Shown here piece by piece: positions 46,188 to 56,583 of a stretch of 64,000 bases of DNA. Both the position numbers and the translations under genes were made by a program. The stretch's first letter is position 1. Each line of letters starts with the position of its first letter. This stretch comes from a virus: IMG/VR virus record IMGVR_UViG_3300021962_000023, positions 1 to 64,000 of that record; one strand, written 5' to 3'. The notes under the pieces were generated by a model. It made no database searches and was not told the origin of the DNA. It saw only the letters and a list, made by a program, of their open reading frames with translations.

Positions 46188-46810
46188 TATAAAGTATCGT
46201 AGTAGTTATTCTGACGCTCTTGTCTTTCGATTGTTTTTGGATGTATAATACAATATATTTCATCCATAGGAAAATTAGTATATGATTCAAATCCTACGAT
46301 TCTTTCATGTACTTTACCACTCCATCCTATTTTATCAGAATTTTTATAGATACGAGTTTGAACATCAGGAAAGTTTACCCATCCTTTTTCATTCACATTC
46401 CAACCCCATTTTTGAATATGTGATTGTGTTAATCCTTCAACGGTATTAATACGAGGAACTACAATCATATCTTTATCGATATTTGCATCTAATAAAGCTT
46501 CCATATTTACAATCAAATCCGGTGTTAAATATTCATCAGCATCTAACTGAAATATCCACTCACCTTTACATTGTGAGTTTAATAAGTTCTTCCATTGTGC
46601 AAAATCATTATCGAATTCAGATTCAATTAATGTAATGTGGTCTGCGTTCGCTTGTAATTCTAAATACTCTAATAATTCGATAGGTGCTTTGGGTGTATCC
46701 AATAGAACTACGATTTCAGAATTTTCTTCTTTGTAGTTTAATAACTGATTAACCAAACGAATGGTTTCATCGACTTCATTACAAGCCGTTATTGCGTAAC
46801 TTAATTTCAT
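46187..46810 (-). CDS. GT2 family glycosyltransferase
   Basis: AITACNE, WIFQLDADEY, PDVQTRIY, VHER. Confidence 0.85.
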   Translation of the reverse strand: MKLSYAITACNEVDETIRLVNQLLNYKEENSEIVVLLDTPKAPIELLEYLELQANADHITLIESEFDNDFAQWKNLLNSQCKGEWIFQLDADEYLTPDLIVNMEALLDANIDKDMIVVPRINTVEGLTQSHIQKWGWNVNEKGWVNFPDVQTRIYKNSDKIGWSGKVHERIVGFESYTNFPMDEIYCIIHPKTIERQERQNNYYDTL

Positions 46811-47642
46811 TTAAATATTCTTTTAATTGGTCTTTTGGTTGCCATCCCAATCTATTTAAGGCATCATCATTAATTCTAATAGTTTCTCTATAATTACCTT
46901 TTACATCATCTACATATCTAATTGGATGCGGTGCGAACCAACTAGCTACTTCATTTAAAGAGTAATTGTGACCCGTTCCTAATTCCCAAGCATCTTCATG
47001 CTTTTCATTACTTTCTGCGATTCTGATTAATCCATCTACAATATCATCAATATGTGTAAAATCTCTCCTTTGCTTACCATCTCCGTGAATTAGAATAGGA
47101 GTACCATTTTTTACAGCTGCCCTCCATAATCCAATTACAGCCGCCATATGAGAGTCTACCAACTCACCGGGCCCATAAACATTATAAAACCTAACTATCT
47201 CCGCATTTAACCCATATACCCCTTTAAACATCTTTATCCACTCCTCTCCCATATGTTTACTCATTGCATAGGGTGATAACATTGGATTGTGATGACGAGA
47301 TGATGAACCTGCGTAAATTAATTTAGATTTATTGTGGTATGCGTATTCAACAACCTGTTTTGTACCATCCACATTTACTGAAAATGTTAGCGTTGGATTT
47401 TTAAATGATGGTTGAATTCTACTTAATGCTCCCAAATGAAAAATATAATCATATGGTGTATTTTTAATATTATCCATTGCTCTAATATCTCCACCCAAAA
47501 ATTTTACATATGGGGAAACTTTAGCTTCAGAACCAATTGATAAATTATCAATTACATGAACTTCATAACCTCTTTTAAGTAATTCAGCTGAAAGAGCATA
47601 TCCAACAAATCCAGCTCCACCCGTAACCAATACTTTTTTCAT
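46779..47642 (-). CDS. NAD-dependent epimerase/dehydratase
   Basis: VTGGAGFVG, YAMSK (YxxxK), RFYNVYGP, RDFTHIDD. Confidence 0.93.
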   Translation of the reverse strand: MKKVLVTGGAGFVGYALSAELLKRGYEVHVIDNLSIGSEAKVSPYVKFLGGDIRAMDNIKNTPYDYIFHLGALSRIQPSFKNPTLTFSVNVDGTKQVVEYAYHNKSKLIYAGSSSRHHNPMLSPYAMSKHMGEEWIKMFKGVYGLNAEIVRFYNVYGPGELVDSHMAAVIGLWRAAVKNGTPILIHGDGKQRRDFTHIDDIVDGLIRIAESNEKHEDAWELGTGHNYSLNEVASWFAPHPIRYVDDVKGNYRETIRINDDALNRLGWQPKDQLKEYLNEIKLRNNGL

Positions 47643-47878
47643 TAATCTTCTTTTTCCTTTTTTATAACTTCATCAGCACCACCGGTTGTATATGGTGGTC
47701 TATATGTTGAATTAGTATAATTCCAATTAGAAGTAATTGGTGATTCGAGAATTAATGTTTTATCCTCTACTTCTGCTAATTTATCTTTTAGTATATCCCA
47801 TTGCTTTGGGGTAATATTGAATTCATGCACTCCTTCTGAAAATCCTCTTAACCAAAGGACAAATTCTTTTGATGTCAT
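47642..47878 (-). CDS. Hypothetical small protein
   Basis: 78-aa coupled ORF. Confidence 0.7.
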   Translation of the reverse strand: MTSKEFVLWLRGFSEGVHEFNITPKQWDILKDKLAEVEDKTLILESPITSNWNYTNSTYRPPYTTGGADEVIKKEKED

Positions 47879-47880
47879 AA

Positions 47881-48354
47881 CTATTTATTTTTTAATTGTG
47901 ATTTCACATCTATATTATGTATAATTACTTTTTTTGGAGTAAGTTCATTTACATCCATATTTAATTCTACAACATTTCCCAATCCACTTAACTTATATGT
48001 TCTATATGAATCATTTGTTATAATTGGTACTTTACTAACTACTTTTTCATAAAATGCCTTAGCTCCACCTTTCATTTGCAATGATTCTTCTTCTTCATTT
48101 ACAAATTTACCAAAAAACTTTTTTATTAAATCAGGTCTAACATTTGATACTTTTACAGCATGTACTACATCTTTTATTTTAGATACAAATAGTGTGAATA
48201 TAATGGGAGCATCTGATTCTGTATATTTACCCTTAGTACCATCCACATATTCATACTCTTTGATTAAATAAAATCGGCTTCTAACCATATTAGTAGGAAC
48301 AATTTTATTTTTACCATCGATGTATCTACGATATATGGGATTATAGCTGCTCAT
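47881..48354 (-). CDS. Hypothetical protein
   Basis: 157-aa ORF. Confidence 0.75.
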   Translation of the reverse strand: MSSYNPIYRRYIDGKNKIVPTNMVRSRFYLIKEYEYVDGTKGKYTESDAPIIFTLFVSKIKDVVHAVKVSNVRPDLIKKFFGKFVNEEEESLQMKGGAKAFYEKVVSKVPIITNDSYRTYKLSGLGNVVELNMDVNELTPKKVIIHNIDVKSQLKNK

Positions 48355-49622
48355 TATTTATTTAACATTTTCAATTTAGGTAACTGAAGTTGTTGAAACT
48401 TTGGTTGTACTTTAGTATAAATACCATACTGATTTAAAATAATATTAAATCCTTCGGTCATTTTTTCTAAACTAAAATTCTGTCTATTGTGTTTTGCTAA
48501 TTTAGTTGAATCAGGCAAATACTTACTATAATTTTTATAAACATCTTTGATTATCGGCAATGCTTTTGAAACATTTACATTAAACCATTGTGATTCTTTT
48601 AGTAAGAATTGGTCAGCTGCCGATTCGTGTACATTTTTCAATTCACCTTCCAACAACACTGCTCCACTTTTTAAGAAATCCAAATGCCCACTCCAATTAG
48701 ATACAATTACAGGCTTACCTGTCAAACTGAATTCCAATAGTGGTCTACCAAATCCTTCACCTTTTGTAAAGTTTAACATAGCTTTTACTTTTGGATGTTC
48801 GTATAATCCGTTCATTTGAGATGGAGTTAAATCACCATGCAATAAATAAACCGGAACTTGTCCATAATCTTTACCCAATACCTCTCTAATTTTCTTAATA
48901 GTGTTTTCTCTATCAATTACACTAAATCCTGCTGAAGATGTTTTTAAAATTAATGCGGGTTTAACCTTTTCTTTTTTGAATGCAGTTGCAAATGTTTTAA
49001 TCATCATTCCCACATTCTTTCTATCTTCACCCAAATCACCTCTCAACCAGTGTCCTACAAATAGAAATGCGAAATCTTCTTTAATTGTATCCAATTCAGA
49101 AATACTTGCAACTACTTCAGTTCCAAAATCATTTTCATCAAATCCTTCAAAAAGAACTTCAACTGGTTTTTGTATTTTATGTTGTCCAATTAATTGACCT
49201 GTTTTTTTATCTTGCTCATTATAAACAGTTTTAACTAAACTATCTTTTGAATGCTCGGATGGAACAATAATTAAATCCATTCTATTACATCCGTGAATCC
49301 AATCTAATGCGCAATGTGTAGTTTCAATTGCGGCTGTTATACCAATGTTATAGAATCCCAATGGCTGAAATTCGTTTGGTACAGTAACCTGAATATAGAT
49401 ATCCGGCTTAGTTTCTATTTTTGGAATAATATTATCCACTACCCATTTATGAAATTCGTTATCATAATTCAATGCATCCATTGGAGTCATACCCCATCGT
49501 GTACTGATAACTTTAATATCAAATTTATCTAATTTATAAAGAGAATGTAATAAATCTCTCGCGTGGTCACCATATCCACTTCTTGTTGCTACCGGTGCCT
49601 GAAATACTAATGTTGGTTTCAT
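48354..49622 (-). CDS. GT-B (GT4-like) glycosyltransferase
   Basis: SGYGDHAR, FLFVGHW..RKNV, KGEGFGRPLLE. Confidence 0.9.
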   Translation of the reverse strand: MKPTLVFQAPVATRSGYGDHARDLLHSLYKLDKFDIKVISTRWGMTPMDALNYDNEFHKWVVDNIIPKIETKPDIYIQVTVPNEFQPLGFYNIGITAAIETTHCALDWIHGCNRMDLIIVPSEHSKDSLVKTVYNEQDKKTGQLIGQHKIQKPVEVLFEGFDENDFGTEVVASISELDTIKEDFAFLFVGHWLRGDLGEDRKNVGMMIKTFATAFKKEKVKPALILKTSSAGFSVIDRENTIKKIREVLGKDYGQVPVYLLHGDLTPSQMNGLYEHPKVKAMLNFTKGEGFGRPLLEFSLTGKPVIVSNWSGHLDFLKSGAVLLEGELKNVHESAADQFLLKESQWFNVNVSKALPIIKDVYKNYSKYLPDSTKLAKHNRQNFSLEKMTEGFNIILNQYGIYTKVQPKFQQLQLPKLKMLNK

Positions 49623-49623
49623 A

Positions 49624-51006
49624 CTATAACTCTATTAACTTAAATTTTTGTTTTGGTTTCCAATTTGTAAATGCCCCTTCCATTCCCTCAACTAATGCCT
49701 CACACATCGCTTCTTTACTCAATCCTCCTTCTGCTAAGAAATGATTTCTACCTTTTAATCCTGCAGATTTTCGTTCTTCTCTTCCAACTCTATACCAATC
49801 CATAATCAATGGTGATACATCTTCAAAATCAACTCTATCATCAAAGATATATGGAGTAGGAACTGAACCCGTTGTTGAACGAACTGGCCAAATTGGTTTA
49901 ACCCAATCTCCCCAAACTACACCTGCTTTTTTATGTCTATCGTGTAATGACCCAATTTCCACATAATCTTCTGCGGTTAATAATTTACCCGTACCTTTAT
50001 CTCTGAATCCACATTGGTCTTGTAATCCACCAGTCACATTTACAATGATAGGTGTTCCCGCCATTACCGATTCTGCGGTTGCTAATCCAAACCCTTCATT
50101 GGAAGCAATATTAATTGTAACATCAGCTATATTATAGAAATAATTTAATTGTTCTTCTGTATATTTGTTTGGTGCAAATATCACATTTGTTTCTGGTAAA
50201 CAACATTCTGCAATAGTTCTCGGTAAATCTGTCCCATGCTCTTGAACCGGTTCGGTGTGCATCAATAAACATACTTTATCTCTATCTTCGGGAGCCAATG
50301 CTTCTACAAACTTATCAAATGCTAATATAACATCAATTGGTTGTTTTCTACGAATGTTTCTATTATTCCAATAAAGAACAAATTCATACTCTTTATCGCC
50401 AAATATAGATTGTTTAAATTCTTTTGGAACTTCTACTGGTTTATACAAATCCGAATTGATACCATGTGGTACATAGCTCACTTGCCAATCAGCCGGTTTA
50501 GTCCAATGTTTTTCTTTATCCCAACTCCAAACTCGTTTAGTAATACCATAAGTTTGTTTTGAAATAGTTCCAATCCAATCACAACTTTCGTAATAATCTC
50601 TATTGTATTTTGGGTCTGGCAAATCATCCCAAATATGATAAAAGAAAAGAGGAACTGATTGTCTAACTTCATGCTCCATTTCATATAACCAAATCCAATA
50701 TCTTGGGTCTGTAAAGTGTAAGATTGCATCCGGCTTTTCCATCATCAATAATTGACGAATGATATCGGCATTACCATACCCATCGGATGGATATATTTTT
50801 ACTTCAGCATCCTTTACCCCAGTTTGCTCTCTTACGCTATCATTCAAATCTAAAATTTTCCCAGCTTCAGGGTGTTTAATTGCTGCACCTAATTGTACCC
50901 AATCGTATCTATCAACAGTTCCCATAACTAATTGTTTGGAAACATTGGCAATACCACTTGTCATTCTTAGGTCATCGGAAAGTAAGAGAATTTTCTTTTT
51001 TGCCAT
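49624..51006 (-). CDS. GT-B (GT4-like) glycosyltransferase
   Basis: SGIANVS, YVPHGI, NRNIRRKQ, NEGFGLATAE. Confidence 0.9.
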   Translation of the reverse strand: MAKKKILLLSDDLRMTSGIANVSKQLVMGTVDRYDWVQLGAAIKHPEAGKILDLNDSVREQTGVKDAEVKIYPSDGYGNADIIRQLLMMEKPDAILHFTDPRYWIWLYEMEHEVRQSVPLFFYHIWDDLPDPKYNRDYYESCDWIGTISKQTYGITKRVWSWDKEKHWTKPADWQVSYVPHGINSDLYKPVEVPKEFKQSIFGDKEYEFVLYWNNRNIRRKQPIDVILAFDKFVEALAPEDRDKVCLLMHTEPVQEHGTDLPRTIAECCLPETNVIFAPNKYTEEQLNYFYNIADVTINIASNEGFGLATAESVMAGTPIIVNVTGGLQDQCGFRDKGTGKLLTAEDYVEIGSLHDRHKKAGVVWGDWVKPIWPVRSTTGSVPTPYIFDDRVDFEDVSPLIMDWYRVGREERKSAGLKGRNHFLAEGGLSKEAMCEALVEGMEGAFTNWKPKQKFKLIEL

Positions 51007-51021
51007 AACTTTTTTTGTTTC

Positions 51022-51219
51022 TTAAAATTGTGAACCACTTACTTGTAGTATAGTGTATTCGTTTAATTGTTTTCTAAATTTTTCATTTTTAGTGTAAAGG
51101 TCTAAACTTCTATTAACGAGTTTTTGAAAATTAATACCACCTTGTATTGCGGATATTTTAAAATCTTCATCGTATAACTTTTGTATAACCTTAACAGTTG
51201 TTAATTTTAAATCTGCCAT
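51022..51219 (-). CDS. Small ribbon-helix-helix-like protein
   Basis: LTTVKV beta-strand followed by two helices; start placed at MADLK. Confidence 0.5.
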   Translation of the reverse strand: MADLKLTTVKVIQKLYDEDFKISAIQGGINFQKLVNRSLDLYTKNEKFRKQLNEYTILQVSGSQF

Positions 51220-51260
51220 AGTTAATTTGTATTTATATATATACATATATATAGATAAAA

Positions 51261-52124
51261 TTATTTTCCATCACAAATTCCTCGTTGCTTAAATTCACAC
51301 CAATCGCATAACTTTGATGGCTTCTTAGGATAATCAATATCCATTCTATAATTACCAGCTTCATCAAACACCGAATCAACAAATGCTAAAAATCCATTCC
51401 AAGCTTTATTAACCGATGGTTTGCCGCTTGCAGGTACATGTCTACTGATACGTGGGATTGTGTAATCTTCTACCTCAGCTACTTTTCGTTTTAAGATGAT
51501 AAATTCTACCTCAATCATATCTTGTGATATGTTTAACATTTCGGCATAAAACTTCTTATACAAAAGTATTTGTGAATTTTTAACGGGGTCTGATTTCTGA
51601 TATTTACTCCAACCTTTTGTAGATGTTTTGAAATCGGTAATACGATATCTACCTGTCTTTTTATTTCTGACAATGAAATCGATGAATCCTAAGAAGTTTA
51701 CATTCTCTGCAATCTTAGTATTAATTGGTTGTTCGATAGCAACTAACTCATCATCTTTTAATGAGAAAAAGTTATTGAAGTTTTTTGGCTTTTGAAAATA
51801 ATCTAATATAAGATTACCATCTTCCAAAAATTCTACCATCTCTTCTTTTGTGGAAATGTGTGTTTTGTATTCTTCGAATTCCTTTAGATAAATGTCTTTC
51901 ATTTTTACTTTCAACATATCTTTAAGATTCATCATCTTATCGGCTTGTGATTTCGAAATGCGAAGGCATTTATCCAAGTATTCTTGTAGTGTTTCGTGCA
52001 TTGCCGAACCAAATACTGAATGTATATTTGATGTTGATTCGGATAACTTATCAATATAACTTAATTTATATTGTTGTGGACAACTACTCCACATACTATA
52101 TTGAGAAAATGAAACTCTTGCCAT
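51261..52124 (-). CDS. PD-(D/E)XK nuclease (RecB/Cas4-like exonuclease)
   Basis: SFSQYSMWSSCPQQY, GFIDF, ITDFKT, QILLY, LCDWCEFK. Confidence 0.88.
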   Translation of the reverse strand: MARVSFSQYSMWSSCPQQYKLSYIDKLSESTSNIHSVFGSAMHETLQEYLDKCLRISKSQADKMMNLKDMLKVKMKDIYLKEFEEYKTHISTKEEMVEFLEDGNLILDYFQKPKNFNNFFSLKDDELVAIEQPINTKIAENVNFLGFIDFIVRNKKTGRYRITDFKTSTKGWSKYQKSDPVKNSQILLYKKFYAEMLNISQDMIEVEFIILKRKVAEVEDYTIPRISRHVPASGKPSVNKAWNGFLAFVDSVFDEAGNYRMDIDYPKKPSKLCDWCEFKQRGICDGK

Positions 52125-52173
52125 ATTATTTGTTTATAATACAAATATACAACTTTTATTTCATTATTCCAAA

Positions 52174-53409
52174 TTAAATGATTGGATTTTTTCTGGTATC
52201 TTCATTAATAATATCATCTATAAATGAAAGTTTTTCAGGTAAAAATGTATCATTAAATATCATACCATGTGTAGTATGGGCTACTAAATATTTTTTAGAA
52301 TTAACTCTATCCCAACTTGTAACTTTAGCACTTTTAAGATAGTTGATGTATTTTTCTAAATATTCTTTTAGTTTAACAGACTGAATATTATTAATTTTAT
52401 CTTCATATAAACTTATTAACTTCGTTCTATGTTCATCAAAATTAACAGGGTTGTACCACCAAGGAAAACGAACATAGTGAAAATTAATTAACTCATGTGA
52501 TTCATTTAATTCTTCTAAAAAATCAAAAAAATCATAAGCGTTTAATAAAGAAGCAGTATATTGGAAATCATATGTGATATTTTTATATTGAGTCATAGCC
52601 CATTTTAGTACCATCATATTTTTCTTAAATACTTTTGTATCAAATCCGGTTCTAACATATTCACCAACTTCACCTAATCCATCTATTGATATTGAAAAAT
52701 GTACTTTTCTAAAATCTTTCAAATATTCAAATATAGTTTTTCCTTTATATTTTAAAATACTGAAGTTTGTATTATACATTAAGGATATATCTTTCTTATT
52801 CTTTAATGAATCTAATAATTTAAAATGCTCCTCCAATACAAAAGGCTCACCACCGGCAAAATATAATACTTCTATATTTTTCATAGATTCCTCATTTAAT
52901 TTGAAATCTACTTTACTTAAAGATTCTACTTTCTCTTCACCAAATGCAAGAACTCCCATATTTGTTTTATAGAAATCCTCTTTCTCTTCTTGCCATTTAG
53001 TTGAATAAGAGTCATTGCAAGTTCTACATTTAAAATTACAAATATTAGATGGTCTTAAATCCAATGATACAAATTCCGTAGCTACTGTACCATCGAATTT
53101 TTCATCACTAATATATTTTTTATCAATATCATTCAATCTCGCGCTATGATGTTCATTCCATCTAATTCTGGATGATTTAATATCTTGCTTTTCTAAATCG
53201 TAACAAGCACTACAATAATCGTTTTGTACACCATTTACCATATCCAATCGAAGTTTTTTATATTCTTCTGAATTGAATGCATCTTCTATCGAAGTTCCCT
53301 TTAAATTAATATCGGTAAATGCCTTTTGTGAATCACAACATGGTTTTGCTGTTCCATCCATATACCCATTTAGGTGTATAAAAGGTAATATACAAAAACT
53401 CTTATTCAT
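52174..53409 (-). CDS. Radical SAM protein with SPASM/twitch-like domain
   Basis: CNFKCRTC, YFAGGEP, N-terminal FCILPF..PCC...C..C. Confidence 0.88.
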   Translation of the reverse strand: MNKSFCILPFIHLNGYMDGTAKPCCDSQKAFTDINLKGTSIEDAFNSEEYKKLRLDMVNGVQNDYCSACYDLEKQDIKSSRIRWNEHHSARLNDIDKKYISDEKFDGTVATEFVSLDLRPSNICNFKCRTCNDSYSTKWQEEKEDFYKTNMGVLAFGEEKVESLSKVDFKLNEESMKNIEVLYFAGGEPFVLEEHFKLLDSLKNKKDISLMYNTNFSILKYKGKTIFEYLKDFRKVHFSISIDGLGEVGEYVRTGFDTKVFKKNMMVLKWAMTQYKNITYDFQYTASLLNAYDFFDFLEELNESHELINFHYVRFPWWYNPVNFDEHRTKLISLYEDKINNIQSVKLKEYLEKYINYLKSAKVTSWDRVNSKKYLVAHTTHGMIFNDTFLPEKLSFIDDIINEDTRKNPII

Positions 53410-53861
53410 TATATCTTTAATTTTAATTTTGTAATTTGCTTTTTATCAGTACCATACTTTTCAGAAATATATTTAATATTTTCTCTACCCTCTCTAGTAG
53501 AATACAATATATCTAAATATTCTATTGCTTGGGTTTCTGAACAATCATATTCTTTTTTAATAAGTTCTATTATAAACGATTCATACTTTTCAGCCGATTT
53601 TCCTTTCATATACTTTAGAAAGTATCTGCCTTTTGGAATTGCATTAATATATAACTTATACATATCCTTTGGCTCAAGTGTTTGAGTCAAAGGTAGTATA
53701 GTTGCAATCAATTCAACCCAATCTGGATTCATCGAAAGGAATCGATTAATCATAAAGTTGCTCCAAGACTTCTTATCCTCTTCTGATAGATTATCAAAAT
53801 ACTTTGGGTCTTGTTCGTTTGTAATAGCCTTAATGTGGTCAAATAAACTTTTACCAGCCAT
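53409..53861 (-). CDS. Clamp loader small subunit (T4 gp62-like)
   Basis: LFDHIKAI, FMINRFLSM; next to the clamp loader and clamp genes. Confidence 0.7.
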   Translation of the reverse strand: MAGKSLFDHIKAITNEQDPKYFDNLSEEDKKSWSNFMINRFLSMNPDWVELIATILPLTQTLEPKDMYKLYINAIPKGRYFLKYMKGKSAEKYESFIIELIKKEYDCSETQAIEYLDILYSTREGRENIKYISEKYGTDKKQITKLKLKI

Positions 53862-53862
53862 A

Positions 53863-54108
53863 TTAATTAATTAATGGGTTTGCTTTTTTTTGTAATTCGG
53901 GTGGTAACAATTCTTGCAAAGCTTCTCCACAAGCCGTACATAAATACATTTCAATTGGTATAATTGTATCTTGCGATTGTCCGGTCATTATTTTACTTAA
54001 TTTCTTAAATCTAACACCTGGCATAAATACTTTACCACCACATTCACATACCATATCTCTTGCATCATTTAGGTTAATACCTAATGGCAATCCGTTTTGT
54101 CCTTCCAT
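53863..54108 (-). CDS. Zn-ribbon small protein
   Basis: CECG and CTACG. Confidence 0.75.
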   Translation of the reverse strand: MEGQNGLPLGINLNDARDMVCECGGKVFMPGVRFKKLSKIMTGQSQDTIIPIEMYLCTACGEALQELLPPELQKKANPLIN

Positions 54109-55055
54109 TATCGTATAATGTTTATAATTTGAATTAATAATGATGCGAATATAATTTCCTTATCGACAACCAATGCATCTTTGGATTGAGCTTCAGCAAT
54201 TGCTAAAATGATATTTGCTGTGTTGCCACCTGCGTAATCATCAACCTTATCATAAAGATATGTATACATTTCGGTATAATCGTTCATTTGATTATCCAAC
54301 ACCATTTGTCTTGTTTTTAAATATAGATTTCTTTTATCATCAGAACCTTTTAATGCATCGACCAATTTTGTTTTAAAATCGGATTCAATCATAATAGCTT
54401 TATCCACTTTCAATTCGCCTTTATTGGATTGAAGTTGGCAAGTATTTAATATTCTACGAATATCTGGGTAATAAGAACTTACAATTTCCGCAACATTCTT
54501 AATATCATATGTAATCTTTTCAGTATCTAATATCTTACTAACCTGAATTGCTACATCCTTTTTAGTTGGAGGTGTGATTGCAAATGATTGACATCTACTT
54601 TGAATCGGGTCAATAATCTTTTCAATGTAATTACAAGTCAAAATGAATCTACAATGTTTACTGAATGTTTCCATTAAGTTACGAAGAATTGCTTGTGCAT
54701 TTGGAGTCATATAATCAAACTCATCCAAAATCACAACTTTGAATCCTGCGAATCCAACCGATGATGCGAAGTTCTTTACTTTATTACGAACTGTATCCAC
54801 ATTGTTCTCATCCGATGCGTTGATAATCATATGGTCACATTTGATTGTGTTTACGATTAACTTTGCTAATGTGGTTTTACCCGTACCTGCTTTACCATAA
54901 AGTAGTAAGTGAGGAATATCGTTGTTATCCAAATATTGTTGGATAGTTTCTTTGATGGTTTCATTACCAACATAATCTGCAAGTGTTTGTGGGCGATATT
55001 TTTCTACCCATAAACTATGCTCTCTTTTATTAATATCGTTTGCGAAAAAACTCAT
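54108..55055 (-). CDS. Clamp loader ATPase (RFC small subunit / gp44-like)
   Basis: LWVEKYRP, GKAGTGKTT, VILDEFD, IQSRC. Confidence 0.96.
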   Translation of the reverse strand: MSFFANDINKREHSLWVEKYRPQTLADYVGNETIKETIQQYLDNNDIPHLLLYGKAGTGKTTLAKLIVNTIKCDHMIINASDENNVDTVRNKVKNFASSVGFAGFKVVILDEFDYMTPNAQAILRNLMETFSKHCRFILTCNYIEKIIDPIQSRCQSFAITPPTKKDVAIQVSKILDTEKITYDIKNVAEIVSSYYPDIRRILNTCQLQSNKGELKVDKAIMIESDFKTKLVDALKGSDDKRNLYLKTRQMVLDNQMNDYTEMYTYLYDKVDDYAGGNTANIILAIAEAQSKDALVVDKEIIFASLLIQIINIIR

Positions 55056-55999
55056 AACATTATTTTTTTTAATTCATTTAAAATGTGGCCGTTATGTATC
55101 ATATCTTCAAGCCTTTTTAAATTGTTTGATTTAATATTTCTTTCTTTTAATTCAATTGTATTCAAATCCGAAATTTCCTTAACAATTTTACTTTCATATG
55201 AAGTGTATCCAATTATATCAAATCCATCTTTTTCCAATTCGGATTTTATTCTATGCTGTAAAATATGAATGGTTGGTATACCCAATGATTCCATAATAAA
55301 TCCTTTCAATATTTTATCAGAACAAAAGAATGCAATAGCATCCGTATTAGATGATTCAAAACTTAAAAACATCTCACAATCCATAAAATTAAAAAATTGT
55401 ACAGACCATTGCTTATAACTATCAGTTATATTAGGTCCTATTAATAATTTAAATGTTTCTGAATTTTTTTGTTCTATAATTTTAAATATATCTACATAGT
55501 TTGATTTTCTAATTTCTTTTAATAAAAAATCTCTATCATTTCTATAACCCTCTCTATGCCATACTCCACATTTGTATTTTTTATCACAAACTATTTTTTG
55601 AAATTCAAAAAGTTCTACTGCAAATAATACATAATAATACATCAAAGATAATGATACATTTAAATATGTGTTGGGATAATCCAATATTTGTCCTTGAGTA
55701 CCACCATCAATTGCGCTTGTAATTATTTTAAAATTATCATATTTTAAAAATTCTTTTCTATTTTCCAAATGAAATCCATCACCATGAATACATAAAAGAA
55801 ATACTTTGTAATTATTTTCTAATAAAAATAAAGCATCATTTGGTTGAAATTGTTTGGTTGAATAGATAAATCCATCGTAGTTTTTATAATCTATTTTACG
55901 AGGGGATACTCCCATAGTTACATGAAATGTTGCTGGAAATTTTATATATTCCAGCAACTTCATTTCAGTTAAAGCATTTTCGTGTACCCAAATATTCAT
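55052..55999 (-). CDS. Hypothetical protein, remote paralog of 5952-7184
   Basis: FFCSDKILKG..PTIH..LEKDGFD resembles ITEKTWKA..PFII..LHKFGFK. Confidence 0.6.
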   Translation of the reverse strand: MNIWVHENALTEMKLLEYIKFPATFHVTMGVSPRKIDYKNYDGFIYSTKQFQPNDALFLLENNYKVFLLCIHGDGFHLENRKEFLKYDNFKIITSAIDGGTQGQILDYPNTYLNVSLSLMYYYVLFAVELFEFQKIVCDKKYKCGVWHREGYRNDRDFLLKEIRKSNYVDIFKIIEQKNSETFKLLIGPNITDSYKQWSVQFFNFMDCEMFLSFESSNTDAIAFFCSDKILKGFIMESLGIPTIHILQHRIKSELEKDGFDIIGYTSYESKIVKEISDLNTIELKERNIKSNNLKRLEDMIHNGHILNELKKIML

Positions 56000-56002
56000 T
56001 AA

Positions 56003-56302
56003 TTAGTTTTTTACGAATACACCATTTACAGTCTTACCTGTTCTATCTTTGATTTCATTCCAAGCTGCTTCCAAACAATCAGCGGGTTCTAATCCCAATT
56101 GTTTAGCTAAAATGATAAGTGTTACAAATGAATCACCAATACCATCTTTGATTTCCTCATCTTTGGATTTCAATAATGCCCCAGCGGTTTCACCCACCTC
56201 TTCCAAAACTTTCAATAATTGTTTTGGTGCATTTTCTTTTTTTAGGATATCCTTATCCGATGCCCATTGGGACACATTTTCAATTAAATTATCAAATGTC
56301 AT
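56003..56302 (-). CDS. MazG-like nucleotide pyrophosphohydrolase
   Basis: KVLEEVGE, DGIGD, AWNEIKDRTG. Confidence 0.88.
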   Translation of the reverse strand: MTFDNLIENVSQWASDKDILKKENAPKQLLKVLEEVGETAGALLKSKDEEIKDGIGDSFVTLIILAKQLGLEPADCLEAAWNEIKDRTGKTVNGVFVKN

Positions 56303-56303
56303 A

Positions 56304-56576
56304 TTATTTTTCTTTTACTCTTTCTAATTTTGTTTCTTCTGAAATTGGTCTTGGGAATATTTTAAATTCCATACCATTTTGTTTAAAGTGCAATGCACGT
56401 CCTTCTATTGATTCAATTTGTAAAACCAATGGAGCACTATTGCTATCTTCATTTGAAAATGCAAATACAACAGGCTCATTGTTAAAAAATTGAAAACACC
56501 ATTCAGCATCTACAATTGGAGTTTGTTCTGTTGGTTGAATTTCTTCGTTTGGTGCGAATCCGTTATCTTCTATCAT
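56304..56576 (-). CDS. Hypothetical protein
   Basis: 90-aa ORF. Confidence 0.7.
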   Translation of the reverse strand: MIEDNGFAPNEEIQPTEQTPIVDAEWCFQFFNNEPVVFAFSNEDSNSAPLVLQIESIEGRALHFKQNGMEFKIFPRPISEETKLERVKEK

Positions 56577-56583
56577 AAGTTTA

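Noticed and set aside
51261-52124. Cas4-like nuclease suggesting a CRISPR locus
   Set aside because: No repeat-spacer array or other cas genes in the window; stand-alone PD-(D/E)XK exonucleases are common in phage replication modules
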